Shown here: positions 35,967-45,855 of the stretch, one piece after another | How positions within the stretch are numbered: position 1 is the stretch's first letter | How the letters are laid out: each line of letters starts with the position of its first letter | Origin: Acidobacteriota bacterium | GTDB taxonomy: Bacteria > Acidobacteriota > UBA6911 > RPQK01 > JAJDTT01 | Direction of reading: 5' to 3' | Assembly (NCBI GenBank): GCA_965203535.1 | Contig: OZ241897.1 | Location: 3,179 to 67,178, forward strand | DNA length: 64,000 nt | Notes under the pieces: generated by a model | The model's input: only the letters and a program-made list of their open reading frames with translations | What the model was told of the DNA's origin: nothing | Databases searched by the model: none | Made by a program: the position numbers and the translations under genes

Positions 35967-36281
35967 ATGGATCAGAGAGACAAGACCTTGAAACCGATCC
36001 ATCCCGGAGAGATTCTGCGGGAAGAGTTCATGAAGCCGATGGGCCTGACCCAATACCGGCTGGCCAAGGACATCTCGGTGCCGCCTCGCCGGATCAACGA
36101 GATCTTTCACGAAAAACGCGCCATCACGGCAGACACGGCGCTCCGGCTAGGCAGGTACTTCGGAAACTCCGCTCGATTCTGGATGAATTTGCAGTCTCGC
36201 TACGAGCTCGAATCAGCGAAGGCTGTGCTCAAGGATCGACTCGACAAGGAAGTAACGCCCCAACGTGGCGTGGCCGCTTAG
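35967..36281 (+). CDS. higA: HigA antitoxin (XRE-family HTH)
   Basis: IHPGEILREEFMKPMGLTQYRLAKDISVPPRRINEI is the canonical HigA HTH. Confidence 0.8.
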   Translation: MDQRDKTLKPIHPGEILREEFMKPMGLTQYRLAKDISVPPRRINEIFHEKRAITADTALRLGRYFGNSARFWMNLQSRYELESAKAVLKDRLDKEVTPQRGVAA

Positions 36282-36308
36282 CCCGTATTCCTCACTAAGG
36301 GGCGCGAC

Positions 36309-37148
36309 ATGAAGTATGACAGTCCCCTAAGGTATCCGGGAGGAAAGGCCTCCCTTGCGCCTTTCCTCACCCAGACAATCGAGATCAACAACCTAGCTGG
36401 CTGCTCGTATTTCGAGCCGTTTGCCGGTGGCGCCGGCGCCGCAATACGCCTGCTTCGGGAAGGTATCGTCTCCGACCTCCACCTGAACGACCTGGACACT
36501 CGCATCACTTCATTCTGGCAAACAGTCCTCAATGAAACAGAGCAGTTGGTCGATGCGATCCTGTCCGTACCCTTGAGCATCTCGGAATGGAAGACACAAC
36601 AGAAAATCTGTCAACGTGCTGACACTAGTAAGCCTTTCGAACTTGGCTTCGCTACTTTTTACCTCAACCGCTGTAATCGGTCAGGGGTTCTGCTCGGAGC
36701 CGCTCCCATCGGTGGCTACGCACAAACAGGCAAATGGAGGATCGATGCCCGCTTCAACAGGCAATCCCTCGCCGAGCGCATTCTTGCAATCGCGACGAAA
36801 CGTGACCACATCCACATAACCAATATGGATGCTCGTACCTTCCTGTCCACACATCTCCCCCAGGGACCTCAACGGGAGCATGTCTTCGCATACCTCGACC
36901 CCCCCTACTATTCGAACGGCAACCGCCTCTATATGAACTTCTTCACGGACAGAGACCACAAACGCCTTGCACAATACATGCAGCAACAACATGACCTCAA
37001 ATGGATGATGTCCTATGATGATGCAGACTTCATCAGGGATCTCTATGCAGACTTTTCTATATCCCAACTTTCGCTCCAATACAGTCTTCAGCGAAAACGA
37101 TTGGCGACGGAACTTTTGATTGCGCCAGACCGCGTACGAATACCATGA
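36309..37148 (+). CDS. DNA adenine methyltransferase, Dam/D12 class (alpha-type N6-adenine MTase)
   Basis: LRYPGGK AdoMet motif, FEPFAGGAG motif I and catalytic DPPY (YLDPPYYSNG). 279 aa. Confidence 0.8.
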   Translation: MKYDSPLRYPGGKASLAPFLTQTIEINNLAGCSYFEPFAGGAGAAIRLLREGIVSDLHLNDLDTRITSFWQTVLNETEQLVDAILSVPLSISEWKTQQKICQRADTSKPFELGFATFYLNRCNRSGVLLGAAPIGGYAQTGKWRIDARFNRQSLAERILAIATKRDHIHITNMDARTFLSTHLPQGPQREHVFAYLDPPYYSNGNRLYMNFFTDRDHKRLAQYMQQQHDLKWMMSYDDADFIRDLYADFSISQLSLQYSLQRKRLATELLIAPDRVRIP

Positions 37149-37210
37149 CCTGTCAATCCAAATGACGACAGCGGTTTCAATCCTGTGTCCAATCAGCCAA
37201 GGAAAGAACA

Positions 37211-38314
37211 ATGAATGCCGAGAACACTACGACAATGAAAGTCTCGGATCTGAATTTTGATCGAAAGAACCCCAGGCTTCCCGAGTTTGGCTTAGCCGAT
37301 AATTCCACAGATGTCGACATCATACGAATCCTGTGGGACACAATGGATGTAAAGGAATTGGTAATGTCCATCGCTGCCAGTGGATTCTTTGAACATGAAC
37401 CTGTGATTGTCGCGACCGAGAACGGGGAAAACGTCGTTATTGAGGGCAACCGTCGCTTGGCTGCGGTCAGACTCCTCCTGGAACCCGCGCTTGCCAAGGA
37501 CTTTTCTGCCAAGATTCCAAACCTCACGGCAGACTCCAAGAAAGCTCTTGAAGAACTCCCTACTGTATCTGGCACCCGCAAAAGTGCGTGGCGCTATCTC
37601 GGATTTAAACATGTGAACGGTCCGGCCAAATGGAGCAGCTACGCTAAGTCTCGATACATCGCCGATGTCCACAAGAACTTCGACATCACATTGGAAGATA
37701 TTGCCAATCAGATTGGAGATACTCACAAAACTGTCCAGAGGTTGTTTCGCGGGCTGATGGTGATTGAGCAAGCCGAGCGGCTCAAGGTATTTTCTCGGAA
37801 AGACCGGTGGCGAAGTCATTTTTCCTTTTCTCATATCTACACCGGCCTCCAGTATCCCGGTATCAGCAACTTTATATCCTTGCGCCCGGAGTCCGAGGGG
37901 GCCGAGGAACCAGTTCCCATGCAAAAAAAAGATGAGCTCGGCGAACTGTGTCTTTGGATGTACGGTAGCAAGAAGGCTGACAGGCAGCCCGTTATTCAGT
38001 CGCAGAACCCTCATCTTCGACAACTTGATGCAGTTGTAAAGAACAAGGAAGCCCTCGCTACTCTTCGGCGTGGGGATAGCCTCGCCTATGCCTACGAGGT
38101 GAGTCGACCATCGTCTACCGTCTTTGTAGAATCTCTGATGGCGTCGAAACACACACTTCAGAAGGCCCGCGGTCTGCTGTCCTCTGGCTACGATGGTTCC
38201 GAGGAATTGCTTAGGACCGCAGGAACTGTGGCTACTCTCGCTGACGACCTCTATCAGGAGATGGACCGCAAGTGTAATCCGCGTGGCAGAGAGCGACTCA
38301 TGGAGAACAGCTGA
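37211..38314 (+). CDS. ParB/Sulfiredoxin-fold (ParB-like nuclease domain) protein
   Basis: N-terminal block VIEGNRRLAAVRLL is the ParB-N/Srx GxxR arginine-finger motif. 367 aa. Stop overlaps the start of the next gene (ATGA). Confidence 0.6.
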   Translation: MNAENTTTMKVSDLNFDRKNPRLPEFGLADNSTDVDIIRILWDTMDVKELVMSIAASGFFEHEPVIVATENGENVVIEGNRRLAAVRLLLEPALAKDFSAKIPNLTADSKKALEELPTVSGTRKSAWRYLGFKHVNGPAKWSSYAKSRYIADVHKNFDITLEDIANQIGDTHKTVQRLFRGLMVIEQAERLKVFSRKDRWRSHFSFSHIYTGLQYPGISNFISLRPESEGAEEPVPMQKKDELGELCLWMYGSKKADRQPVIQSQNPHLRQLDAVVKNKEALATLRRGDSLAYAYEVSRPSSTVFVESLMASKHTLQKARGLLSSGYDGSEELLRTAGTVATLADDLYQEMDRKCNPRGRERLMENS

Positions 38315-39246
38315 TGTTTAAGTGGCCACAAACACCGTCCCCCAGTGCATCCGAACAAGAACTCGCTGACTATGCAGAGTTGGTTTGCTGGCGAGAAGGC
38401 ATCATGTCCCGAACCGCCTTGGCTGGACAACTCGGGAGAATTGAAGAAAACGATTACTCTGGCGGCGTACCGGAAGAGGATCCGACAGACGGAGTCGTCC
38501 ACACAGTTTACACCGAGATAGAACAACGAAGGTATGCGTGTAGGGACGGCTATCCGTTCCTGGTAGACAACCAAGGATATACTCTGAAACCTGTTTCTGA
38601 TGTCGAGAATCATAGGCATATCGTTTACCAGTATCTGCTATTGGCCACTAGGCTCAACATGAACGAAAGTCGTATGCATGCTGATATTGACGGTGCATTG
38701 CTTCTTGAGGAACTCGCTGCGGATGTGGCTCGAGAGTACTTTGGCACCCGTGCCGAGAGCATTGTATTTGGTACGGCCAGCACTCAGGATTTTCCAGACA
38801 AGGTGAATCAACTATGCAAGGGGTTGAACGAGGGCGGCGGCTTTCTGAGCGACGATAAAGCTCCACCGACCGAGAGAGACGGCAAACTGGATGTTGTCGT
38901 ATGGAAACACTTCAACGACGGTCGGCCAGGAAAACTGATTGCTTTCGGACAATGCAAAACTGGGACCAGCTACAGGGACACCTTGTCCCAGCTTCAGCCC
39001 GATTCATTTTGTAAAAAATGGTTTCGTAGATTTCCCGTTCTCGTCCCTGTGCGCATGTTTTTTGTTGCTGAGGCTATTTCTGGTCTGCGGTGGTACAATC
39101 ACGCAAGTGATGCGGGCCTATTATTCGATCGCTGTCGAATCGTCGATTTCTGTGATGACATCAGTGCAAATGTGTTATCAAAGGTGAAAACTTGGACCGC
39201 GGCCGCAGCCAGAGAGAACGAATTGCAAGTTCTATGGTGTTCGTAG
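38314..39246 (+). CDS. Hypothetical protein with possible PD-(D/E)xK nuclease-like core
   Basis: 310 aa, translationally coupled to the upstream ParB-like gene. Segment ERDGKLDVVVWKHF...AFGQCKTG could be a D...(Q/E)xK restriction-endonuclease-like motif. Weak. Confidence 0.4.
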   Translation: MFKWPQTPSPSASEQELADYAELVCWREGIMSRTALAGQLGRIEENDYSGGVPEEDPTDGVVHTVYTEIEQRRYACRDGYPFLVDNQGYTLKPVSDVENHRHIVYQYLLLATRLNMNESRMHADIDGALLLEELAADVAREYFGTRAESIVFGTASTQDFPDKVNQLCKGLNEGGGFLSDDKAPPTERDGKLDVVVWKHFNDGRPGKLIAFGQCKTGTSYRDTLSQLQPDSFCKKWFRRFPVLVPVRMFFVAEAISGLRWYNHASDAGLLFDRCRIVDFCDDISANVLSKVKTWTAAAARENELQVLWCS

Positions 39247-39453
39247 CGACTGGCCGGACCGTAACATATCGTCTTGTGCTCATATTGACGCAAACGCGCG
39301 GTGGGATCGACGAAATCCCCTTCTCGCGCACTTCTGGAAATCAGTCTGGACCGATTCGCTGAATCGGATCAACTGGATACATTGATGCATCAGTTTGAAC
39401 GCTGGCGGTCGACAATAATTGTGACCACGGGAATCTGGTTTTTATGCGGTCGG

Positions 39454-40539
39454 CTACCCGGTCATCCACTCCCGGTGCAGGTCCAGGGCCTCGTCCAGAG
39501 CTTCGAAGGGTTTGTAAACGACTCTCAGCCGAAAGCTGTAGCGGCGTCCTTCCTCCGGGTTCGGGACGACTGCCTGATAGTCCCATGCGGGGCCGCCGAC
39601 TCCTCCCCCGCCGGCATTGAAGGCGGGGCGGACCTCCAGCTCGTCCGAAGGGCGGAACAAGTAGGCCAGCAACATGCCGTGGACCTTGCCGGCCATCAGC
39701 GGCTCGACGTAGCGGACCGAGCCGAAACTGTAGAGCAGCCGCCTTCCCTGGCCCCGGAACCCGTCACCGACCGGACCTCGCTCGGCCCGGATCGCTCCCG
39801 ATTCGTGCAGGTCCAGGGCGTCGAAGATGCCGTGCCAAGCCGGGACCTCGAAGCTGGACCGCCGGCCCCAGAGGTAGTAGCCCGGATTTCGGGGCGCCTG
39901 GATGTAGCTGGCCCAGAAGACGCCCAGATACCGGGTCCGAATCTTGTCCAGCCGGGTGGGTGTGAAGGCGTGCTCCACGTCCAGGAACCAGGGTTCCACC
40001 AATCGGAACGTGGTCTCCACCTGGACGCCCCAACGCTCGCCCGGGTCGATCTGCAACCACGCCTCCTCCTCGGAAATCCGTTTCAGGCTTGATGGTTGGG
40101 CCCGGAAGTTCTCCAGGTCACTCCAACGGGGTTCGAAGGTGCCCTCGGTACCGTCGAAGAAGAACTCGCAGTTCAGACCCGAGGCAACGGGAAGAAAGGG
40201 GTGGGGAGAATTCCGGTAACGGAAGCGGGCGACCCCGTTGTAGCCGTTGTGTCGCCTCTGGAAGGGGACCGCGACGCTCAGGCGCCCCAATCCGCCGGCC
40301 ACTCGGGGAGCCGAAGCCCGGTTGCGTTTCTGCTCCTCGCCGGCCAGCCCGTCGTGGTTGTCCACCACCAGGGCCTCCAACTCCCCCGCCCTCAGCGCGA
40401 GACGGTGAGGCCCCGGCGGTGTATTCGAGGTCCCCTGTCGCGGGCCGGCGGCGACTGCCGTGACGCCGCCCAGTGCGGCCAGTCCCATCCACCGGCGACG
40501 GGAGTACGATTGATCTTTGAGCATGTTTCCCATCATCCG
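39454..40539 (-). CDS. Hypothetical Tat-exported protein
   Basis: Start taken at MMGNMLKDQSYSRRRWMGLAALGG (twin-arginine signal). No known domain. Confidence 0.5.
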   Translation of the reverse strand, partial: RMMGNMLKDQSYSRRRWMGLAALGGVTAVAAGPRQGTSNTPPGPHRLALRAGELEALVVDNHDGLAGEEQKRNRASAPRVAGGLGRLSVAVPFQRRHNGYNGVARFRYRNSPHPFLPVASGLNCEFFFDGTEGTFEPRWSDLENFRAQPSSLKRISEEEAWLQIDPGERWGVQVETTFRLVEPWFLDVEHAFTPTRLDKIRTRYLGVFWASYIQAPRNPGYYLWGRRSSFEVPAWHGIFDALDLHESGAIRAERGPVGDGFRGQGRRLLYSFGSVRYVEPLMAGKVHGMLLAYLFRPSDELEVRPAFNAGGGGVGGPAWDYQAVVPNPEEGRRYSFRLRVVYKPFEALDEALDLHREWMTG

Positions 40540-40747
40540 CTTCCTGGTGTGGTATCCCGCATATGCATGTATTTGTGACGGGTCCACCCTCGATTTCGAA
40601 TCCCCGTAGGGGCGCCCCTTGTGGGTGCCCTCTTCGGTCCAAACCACGCCATCCCCCGGGACGATCTCAGCCACCTGTGCCGGGCGGGCGACCAGACAAG
40701 GGTCGCCCCTACGCCTATTTGAGACGCAGCATACTAAACCGAGCTGC

Positions 40748-41386
40748 TCACCGGGCCGCTACTTCCCTTTCGGATTTCGGCGGCTCCATGAAGTCGGACC
40801 AGATGCTGTCCAGGCGCTTCTCGAATACGGTGAAGGCATTGGCCCGGAAGAGGCGCCAGTCGCCCCGGTCCAATTCCGAATCCAACTGGCCCGGCGCCCA
40901 TCCCGAATGTCCGACGAAGAGGCGGAGTTGGTGGGAATCCCTCTCCTCCTCCAAAAGACGTTCCAGTGTGTTCTTGTCGCCTCCGAAATAGACGTCCCCC
41001 ATCACATTGGTCGTCTGCTCCAGCGGCTCCTCGCTCCGGATCAGGAACATGAGCGTATCCAGACCCACCGGGCCGCCGTAGAAGAGGCGGGCTTTTCCTC
41101 CCGGCTTCTCGAGCTGGGGCAGGGCATCCTCAAGGGAGACGTCGGTCGCCCGGTTGACGATCACACCAAGCGTACCGGCCGGACCGTGGGCCACGAGCAG
41201 GACCACGGTGCGGCGAAACCGGGGGTCGAGCATTCCCTGCTTGGCCACCAGAAACACCCCCTTGCCCGGCTGGACCGAAGGAATGCGGGGCCGCGGCTTG
41301 GGTATGGAGGCGGCTTGGATTCCAAAGCTCTGGCAGACCTGGAACAGAACGCCCAAGGCTACCCAACGCTTGAGGCTGATCCGCAT
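40748..41386 (-). CDS. YqgE/AlgH family protein (UPF0301)
   Basis: Start at MRISLKRW. Conserved blocks GKGVFLVA..MLDPRF.RTVVLL..H...G.LGVI.NR and FYGGPV are typical of YqgE/AlgH. Confidence 0.7.
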   Translation of the reverse strand: MRISLKRWVALGVLFQVCQSFGIQAASIPKPRPRIPSVQPGKGVFLVAKQGMLDPRFRRTVVLLVAHGPAGTLGVIVNRATDVSLEDALPQLEKPGGKARLFYGGPVGLDTLMFLIRSEEPLEQTTNVMGDVYFGGDKNTLERLLEEERDSHQLRLFVGHSGWAPGQLDSELDRGDWRLFRANAFTVFEKRLDSIWSDFMEPPKSEREVAAR

Positions 41387-41403
41387 GGTTGCCGTCCAGT
41401 CTA

Positions 41404-42732
41404 CTACGATGACGGGGGCCGAGAAAGCAGCGATTGCCCGACGAAGGTGCCCTGCGGTTTGAGCATCAGCCAGAACAGAGCCGCCACCACGTAGACGCCG
41501 CAGAACACCCACAAGACCGGGGTCCAGTTGTCGCCCGATGGTCCCAGAAGCAGCGGGACGACGACGGGAAACGTTGCCGCTCCCAGGTTCCCCGCCATGT
41601 TCATGGTGCCGAAGATCGTCGCCACGTTGTTCCCGCCCATGGCGATGGTCAGGGAATTGACGATGGGGCTCACGAAAGCGCCAAAGAAGCCACCGATCCC
41701 GATGAGTGAGACGGCAAGTAGCGGATTGTGAACCAGGCATCCACTCACCGTGAGCACGACTCCGACCATGAGGCAGCCCAAGGCCATCCCTTTCCGGGCC
41801 ATTGCCGCATTCCCGCTTCTGGAGTAGATCCAATCGGAGACGATTCCCCCCAACGGTCCTCCGAACAGAATCGCAATCAGGGGAACGCTCGTCAGCAGTC
41901 CCGACTCGGCGACCGAGACGCCCCGGGACTCCTGCAGATAGGTGGGAAACCAACTGGCATAGAAGATATACCCGGCGGCCCGGAAGTACTGCTGTCCGCA
42001 GATGGCCCACATGGCCGGACTTGCGGCCAGATGCTTCCAGGGCGTCCTGACGGGCCGCACGGGGCCCGATCCTTCGTCCGGAGTCCCTTTCGATTCCCGG
42101 GCGGCCTTGGACTCGGCCAGCAGAAGATCCAGTTCTCCCGGCGTCACGGAGGCGTGGTCCTGAGGGCGGTCACGAAACCAGCGAAAGAACAGAAGCGCCC
42201 AGACTCCCCCGGGAAGCGCATAGAGGACGAAGAGCCAGCGCCAGGTGACTCCCCACTCCAGGAGAATCCCGGTCAGGAAGGCGACGAGGATGGCTCCGAT
42301 CTGCATCCCCGCTCCGAGAGAGCCACTCGAAACGGCCAGCCGGTTCACCGGCATCCATCTCGACAACACGACTGCCGAACAGGGGAACAGACCCGCCTGG
42401 GCGGCGCCGGAGAACATGCGGGGGATCAGCAACCAGAGGTAAGCCGCCAGAATCGCTCCCGCCGGTCCTGCCAGCCAGAGAGCCAGAGCCGTTCCCGCCA
42501 CCGCCGAGGCCACGGTGCAGACCGACCAGACCACCGAGTAGAAGGGGAGGGTCCGCCGAGCGCCCCAACGATCCCCGAGCCAGCCGGCGGGCACCTGGAA
42601 TCCGGCGTAGACCCAGAAGAAGCCGCTCAGGATCCACCCCATCTGCTCCTTGCTCAGACCCAGGTCGGTCCGGATGGTGCTCTCGGCCACTGAGAGGTAG
42701 TTGCGTTGAACGTAGGCGATGGCGGCCGCCAC
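41404..42732 (-). CDS. MFS transporter
   Basis: 442 aa, 12 predicted TM segments. MFS signature GWLGDRWGARRT between TM2 and TM3. Confidence 0.8.
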   Translation of the reverse strand: MAAAIAYVQRNYLSVAESTIRTDLGLSKEQMGWILSGFFWVYAGFQVPAGWLGDRWGARRTLPFYSVVWSVCTVASAVAGTALALWLAGPAGAILAAYLWLLIPRMFSGAAQAGLFPCSAVVLSRWMPVNRLAVSSGSLGAGMQIGAILVAFLTGILLEWGVTWRWLFVLYALPGGVWALLFFRWFRDRPQDHASVTPGELDLLLAESKAARESKGTPDEGSGPVRPVRTPWKHLAASPAMWAICGQQYFRAAGYIFYASWFPTYLQESRGVSVAESGLLTSVPLIAILFGGPLGGIVSDWIYSRSGNAAMARKGMALGCLMVGVVLTVSGCLVHNPLLAVSLIGIGGFFGAFVSPIVNSLTIAMGGNNVATIFGTMNMAGNLGAATFPVVVPLLLGPSGDNWTPVLWVFCGVYVVAALFWLMLKPQGTFVGQSLLSRPPSS

Positions 42733-42825
42733 GCAGAGCCAGACCAGGACGGAGTAGCGGACCCGGCTCCTCGGAGGGGACGGGGTAGCGGTCAGGGAGA
42801 ACCTCCGGGGATAGCTGCGAGCGCG

Positions 42826-44511
42826 CTACTGGAGAGACGCGGTCTTGTTCACGCCGTCGGCCGCAGACGGTGCGCGCACCTGGAATACCTGGCCGGCGCT
42901 GACCTCCTGGTCACTGATCATGTCGTGGACCTTCACGTTCAGATGGTACCGGCCCGGCTTCAGTTGCTGAATGGGAAGGCTCTTGACCAGGACCATGCGC
43001 TGGCCGGAGAAGTACTGGATCGACGCTCCCGTCTCGTCCACTTCTTCCATGAGGACCTCCTTGCCCTTGGAGATCCGGTAGCTGGCCTGAATGGATGGGA
43101 CCAGAGTGGCCTGGTCGGCGCTCACGTTGTAGACCTGGAGATAGACGGCCAGAGGCGACGTGGCGGCGAACTTGTGATCCAGTACCGGACGCACCTTCAC
43201 GTTCCCCAGGATGAACATCTCTTCCTGGGGCACGTCCTCCACCTGCCGAACCAGGTCCGTGAGGATCAGGGAACTCGCTTTCAGAATCTCTCCACCGAAA
43301 GCGGGAGGCACAATGGCGGTTCGGCTGACTCCCACCTTGCCGCTGCGCAGATCCTTGACTACCAGGTCCAGGCGGTAACGCAGCTTCCGGTCCAGGACCA
43401 GGATCTTCTGGTAGGTGGACCGGCCCTGCTTCTGAGCCTGGGCGGCGTAGGCCTCGGGAAGGTAGGTCTGGACCAGGTCATAGTCGAACTCGTCCACCAC
43501 CTGCTTGGTCATGCTGGTGACGGCGCCATAGACACCCACCTTGGCCACGTAGCTCTGGTTTTTCTCCAGCTTGAAGGACAACTCGCCGTTGTCGAGCTCG
43601 ACCGTCACCGGAACCACCACACGATCGTCACCCAACTTGAAGTAGTCACGCCTCACCCGGAAGGGGAGCGTCTCGTAACCGATGGAGACATCCACGAGTC
43701 CCTTCAGATCGCCGTACTTGATGGGCTTCGGCGCCTTGATCCTGACGTAACGCTCGTAGCGCTCGAACACGTCGTCCTGAGCCCGGGTGGCCATGTACGG
43801 GAAGCTGTCCCGCATGCCGGGGGAGAAAAACGGCCGGTCCTTCTTCTCGGCCAGACCCATCTCCTCGGCCAGGGTCAGGCCGCCGCCGGGCAGATAGAGC
43901 AGCGCGTCCTTCTCCGAGTGGTCCAGACTCAGCCGGTACTCTCCACTCAGAGAAGCGTCCACGAACTCCAGTTCGATCTCCTGGCCCAGACCCTCGATGT
44001 AGCGGTAGCGCCACGTCTCGAAGGGATAGGTGGAGGTCACGCCGCCCCCTTCGTGCATGGGCCGGGCGTAGTAGCCGCCTCCGGCCCGGGAGGTGATCTG
44101 GTCCGGCGGCCCATGAATGATGTAGACCCGCCCCCGATCGGTCATCCAGCCCGGCTTCCCGCTGGGAAAGCGCTCGTTGGCATAGGCGATGCGCCGGTAG
44201 TGCTCTTCCTTGTACTCGTTGATGGCCGTTCTCAGGTCCGGGTCGCGCCGGCGCCAGAACTGCTCGATGAACTGCTCCTTCTCCTCCATGGTGCCCAAGC
44301 CGTTGAACACGGCCAGCTCTTCATCGGTGATGATGTAGACGACGTCCTCCTTGAGCCATTTCTTGTAGTAGTCCTGCTGCTCTTCCTGGAGAACGGCCTT
44401 GTTGTCCCGCTTCTTCTCCTTGGCCTGGACCGGGAGCAGAACCAGAAACAAGGAAAGCAGAACGAACCTGACCTTCAGAGGAGGATGTACGAAGGTTCCA
44501 AACATGAGCAC
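42826..44511 (-). CDS. GWxTD domain-containing secreted protein (second paralog)
   Basis: Signal peptide. FWRRRDPDLRTAINEYKEEHYRRIAYANERFPSGKPGWMTDRGRVYIIHGPPDQI is near-identical in motif order to the 1761..3398 product. Visibly lower GC and Lys-rich. Confidence 0.8.
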   Translation of the reverse strand: MLMFGTFVHPPLKVRFVLLSLFLVLLPVQAKEKKRDNKAVLQEEQQDYYKKWLKEDVVYIITDEELAVFNGLGTMEEKEQFIEQFWRRRDPDLRTAINEYKEEHYRRIAYANERFPSGKPGWMTDRGRVYIIHGPPDQITSRAGGGYYARPMHEGGGVTSTYPFETWRYRYIEGLGQEIELEFVDASLSGEYRLSLDHSEKDALLYLPGGGLTLAEEMGLAEKKDRPFFSPGMRDSFPYMATRAQDDVFERYERYVRIKAPKPIKYGDLKGLVDVSIGYETLPFRVRRDYFKLGDDRVVVPVTVELDNGELSFKLEKNQSYVAKVGVYGAVTSMTKQVVDEFDYDLVQTYLPEAYAAQAQKQGRSTYQKILVLDRKLRYRLDLVVKDLRSGKVGVSRTAIVPPAFGGEILKASSLILTDLVRQVEDVPQEEMFILGNVKVRPVLDHKFAATSPLAVYLQVYNVSADQATLVPSIQASYRISKGKEVLMEEVDETGASIQYFSGQRMVLVKSLPIQQLKPGRYHLNVKVHDMISDQEVSAGQVFQVRAPSAADGVNKTASLQ

Positions 44512-44646
44512 CTCGGAGATCCCGGCCGACTTAAACGGCCGATGCGATTCATTATACCCGCTCCTCCGTTCGGTACAACGGGCCGCGGCCGTCCGCAGAT
44601 CCGGATCGTCGCGAAGGCGGCCGGTGGAGCGGACGATGCGAACGAA

Positions 44647-45018
44647 TCAACGTCCGCCCTTCCGATAGTAGGGCTGGTAGAGCTGTACCCGCACGCCGCC
44701 GGGCATTTTGAAATACGTCACGAGTCCGAAGCCCTGGTCCGTCACTTCGCCGTCGAACTCAACGCCCCGGTGCGCCAGACCCTCCACCGTGGCCCGAATG
44801 TCTTCACAGTAGAAGGAGATGGCGTGGGTGCCGGCCGGACTGCCGTGCTTCCCGGAGGGGTCGGTGGGATGCACACCCATGTCCGCCTCCGGCAGGTCGA
44901 AGATGAGCCAGCCTCCGCCGACGTCGGTGTAGGAGTCGAAACCCAGCTTGTCACGGAGGAATTCCCGCAACGCTTCCGGCTCCGACGAGTAGAACATGGT
45001 ATGGACGCCTTTGATCAT
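44647..45018 (-). CDS. VOC-family (glyoxalase/bleomycin-resistance-like) protein
   Basis: About 124 aa from MIKGVHTMFY. Metal-ligand-like H/E positions in the two beta-alpha-beta-beta-beta halves. Confidence 0.55.
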   Translation of the reverse strand: MIKGVHTMFYSSEPEALREFLRDKLGFDSYTDVGGGWLIFDLPEADMGVHPTDPSGKHGSPAGTHAISFYCEDIRATVEGLAHRGVEFDGEVTDQGFGLVTYFKMPGGVRVQLYQPYYRKGGR

Positions 45019-45174
45019 GGTCTCGCTCCCCTTCCGTAACGAGGCTCGCCGGATCATCCTATCAAGTCCAAACCCTTCAAAGTCAGTGATCGGCCTTTGA
45101 GATGGCTCTATGGCGGCAACCGACGTTATATGGATTATGACCGCGACGTTTCAGCGTATCGGGACTAATCGAAC

Positions 45175-45855
45175 ATGAAGCCGCATTACCATGGACATCG
45201 TGAACGCCTCCGCGAGCGTTTCCGCCGAAGCGGATTCGCCGGATTCGCGGAGCACGAGGTCATCGAGTTGATTTTGACCCTGGCCATTCCCCGCTCTGAC
45301 ATGAAGAAGCCAGCCAAGGCGCTGCTCCGACGCTTCGGCGGTCTGCGCGGCATTCTGGACGCGTCACTGTCAGAATTGCAGGCCGTCAAAGGCATTGGCG
45401 AGATTGCCGCGACCGCCCTGCACATCATCCGCGAGTCGGCCACGCTCTACTTGCAGGAAGTCTCCGAGACGGAGGAAGCGCTTCACGACTCGGAGCGGCT
45501 CAGCGACTTCTGGCGCATGCGGATCGGCGCGCTCAAGCACGAAGTGTTCGCCGTAGCGTACCTGGATTCGGGGTACCGGCTGCTCCGCAACGGCGTCGAA
45601 GTCCTCCAAGAGGGTACGATCGACCGCGCGGCCGTGTATCCTCGGCGGGTGGTGGAGGCTGCGCTCAAGCGCCAAGCAGCAGCAATCGTGCTCGCCCACA
45701 ACCATCCGAACGGCAACGTCGACCCGAGCGAGCACGACAAGATTGTCACAAGGGCCATCGTGCTGGCTGCCGAGACCATCCGGCTCCGGGTCGTCGACCA
45801 CTTGATCGTATCCCCAAAGGAGACCTTCAGCTTCAGGAAAGCGGGACTATTATGA
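45175..45855 (+). CDS. radC: RadC-like JAB-domain protein
   Basis: N-terminal HhH region (LSELQAVKGIGEIAA). C-terminal JAMM-type motif IVLAHNHPNGNVDPSEHD. Confidence 0.8.
   Translation: MKPHYHGHRERLRERFRRSGFAGFAEHEVIELILTLAIPRSDMKKPAKALLRRFGGLRGILDASLSELQAVKGIGEIAATALHIIRESATLYLQEVSETEEALHDSERLSDFWRMRIGALKHEVFAVAYLDSGYRLLRNGVEVLQEGTIDRAAVYPRRVVEAALKRQAAAIVLAHNHPNGNVDPSEHDKIVTRAIVLAAETIRLRVVDHLIVSPKETFSFRKAGLL

Noticed and set aside
39301-40092. 263-aa plus-strand ORF
   Set aside because: Overlaps the minus-strand Tat-signal gene 39454..40539 and has no recognisable features. The minus-strand gene has a twin-arginine signal.
42706-45039. 777-aa plus-strand ORF spanning the second GWxTD gene and the VOC gene
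   Set aside because: Antisense to two genes with clear family signatures. Low-complexity, D/G/L/V-rich translation.
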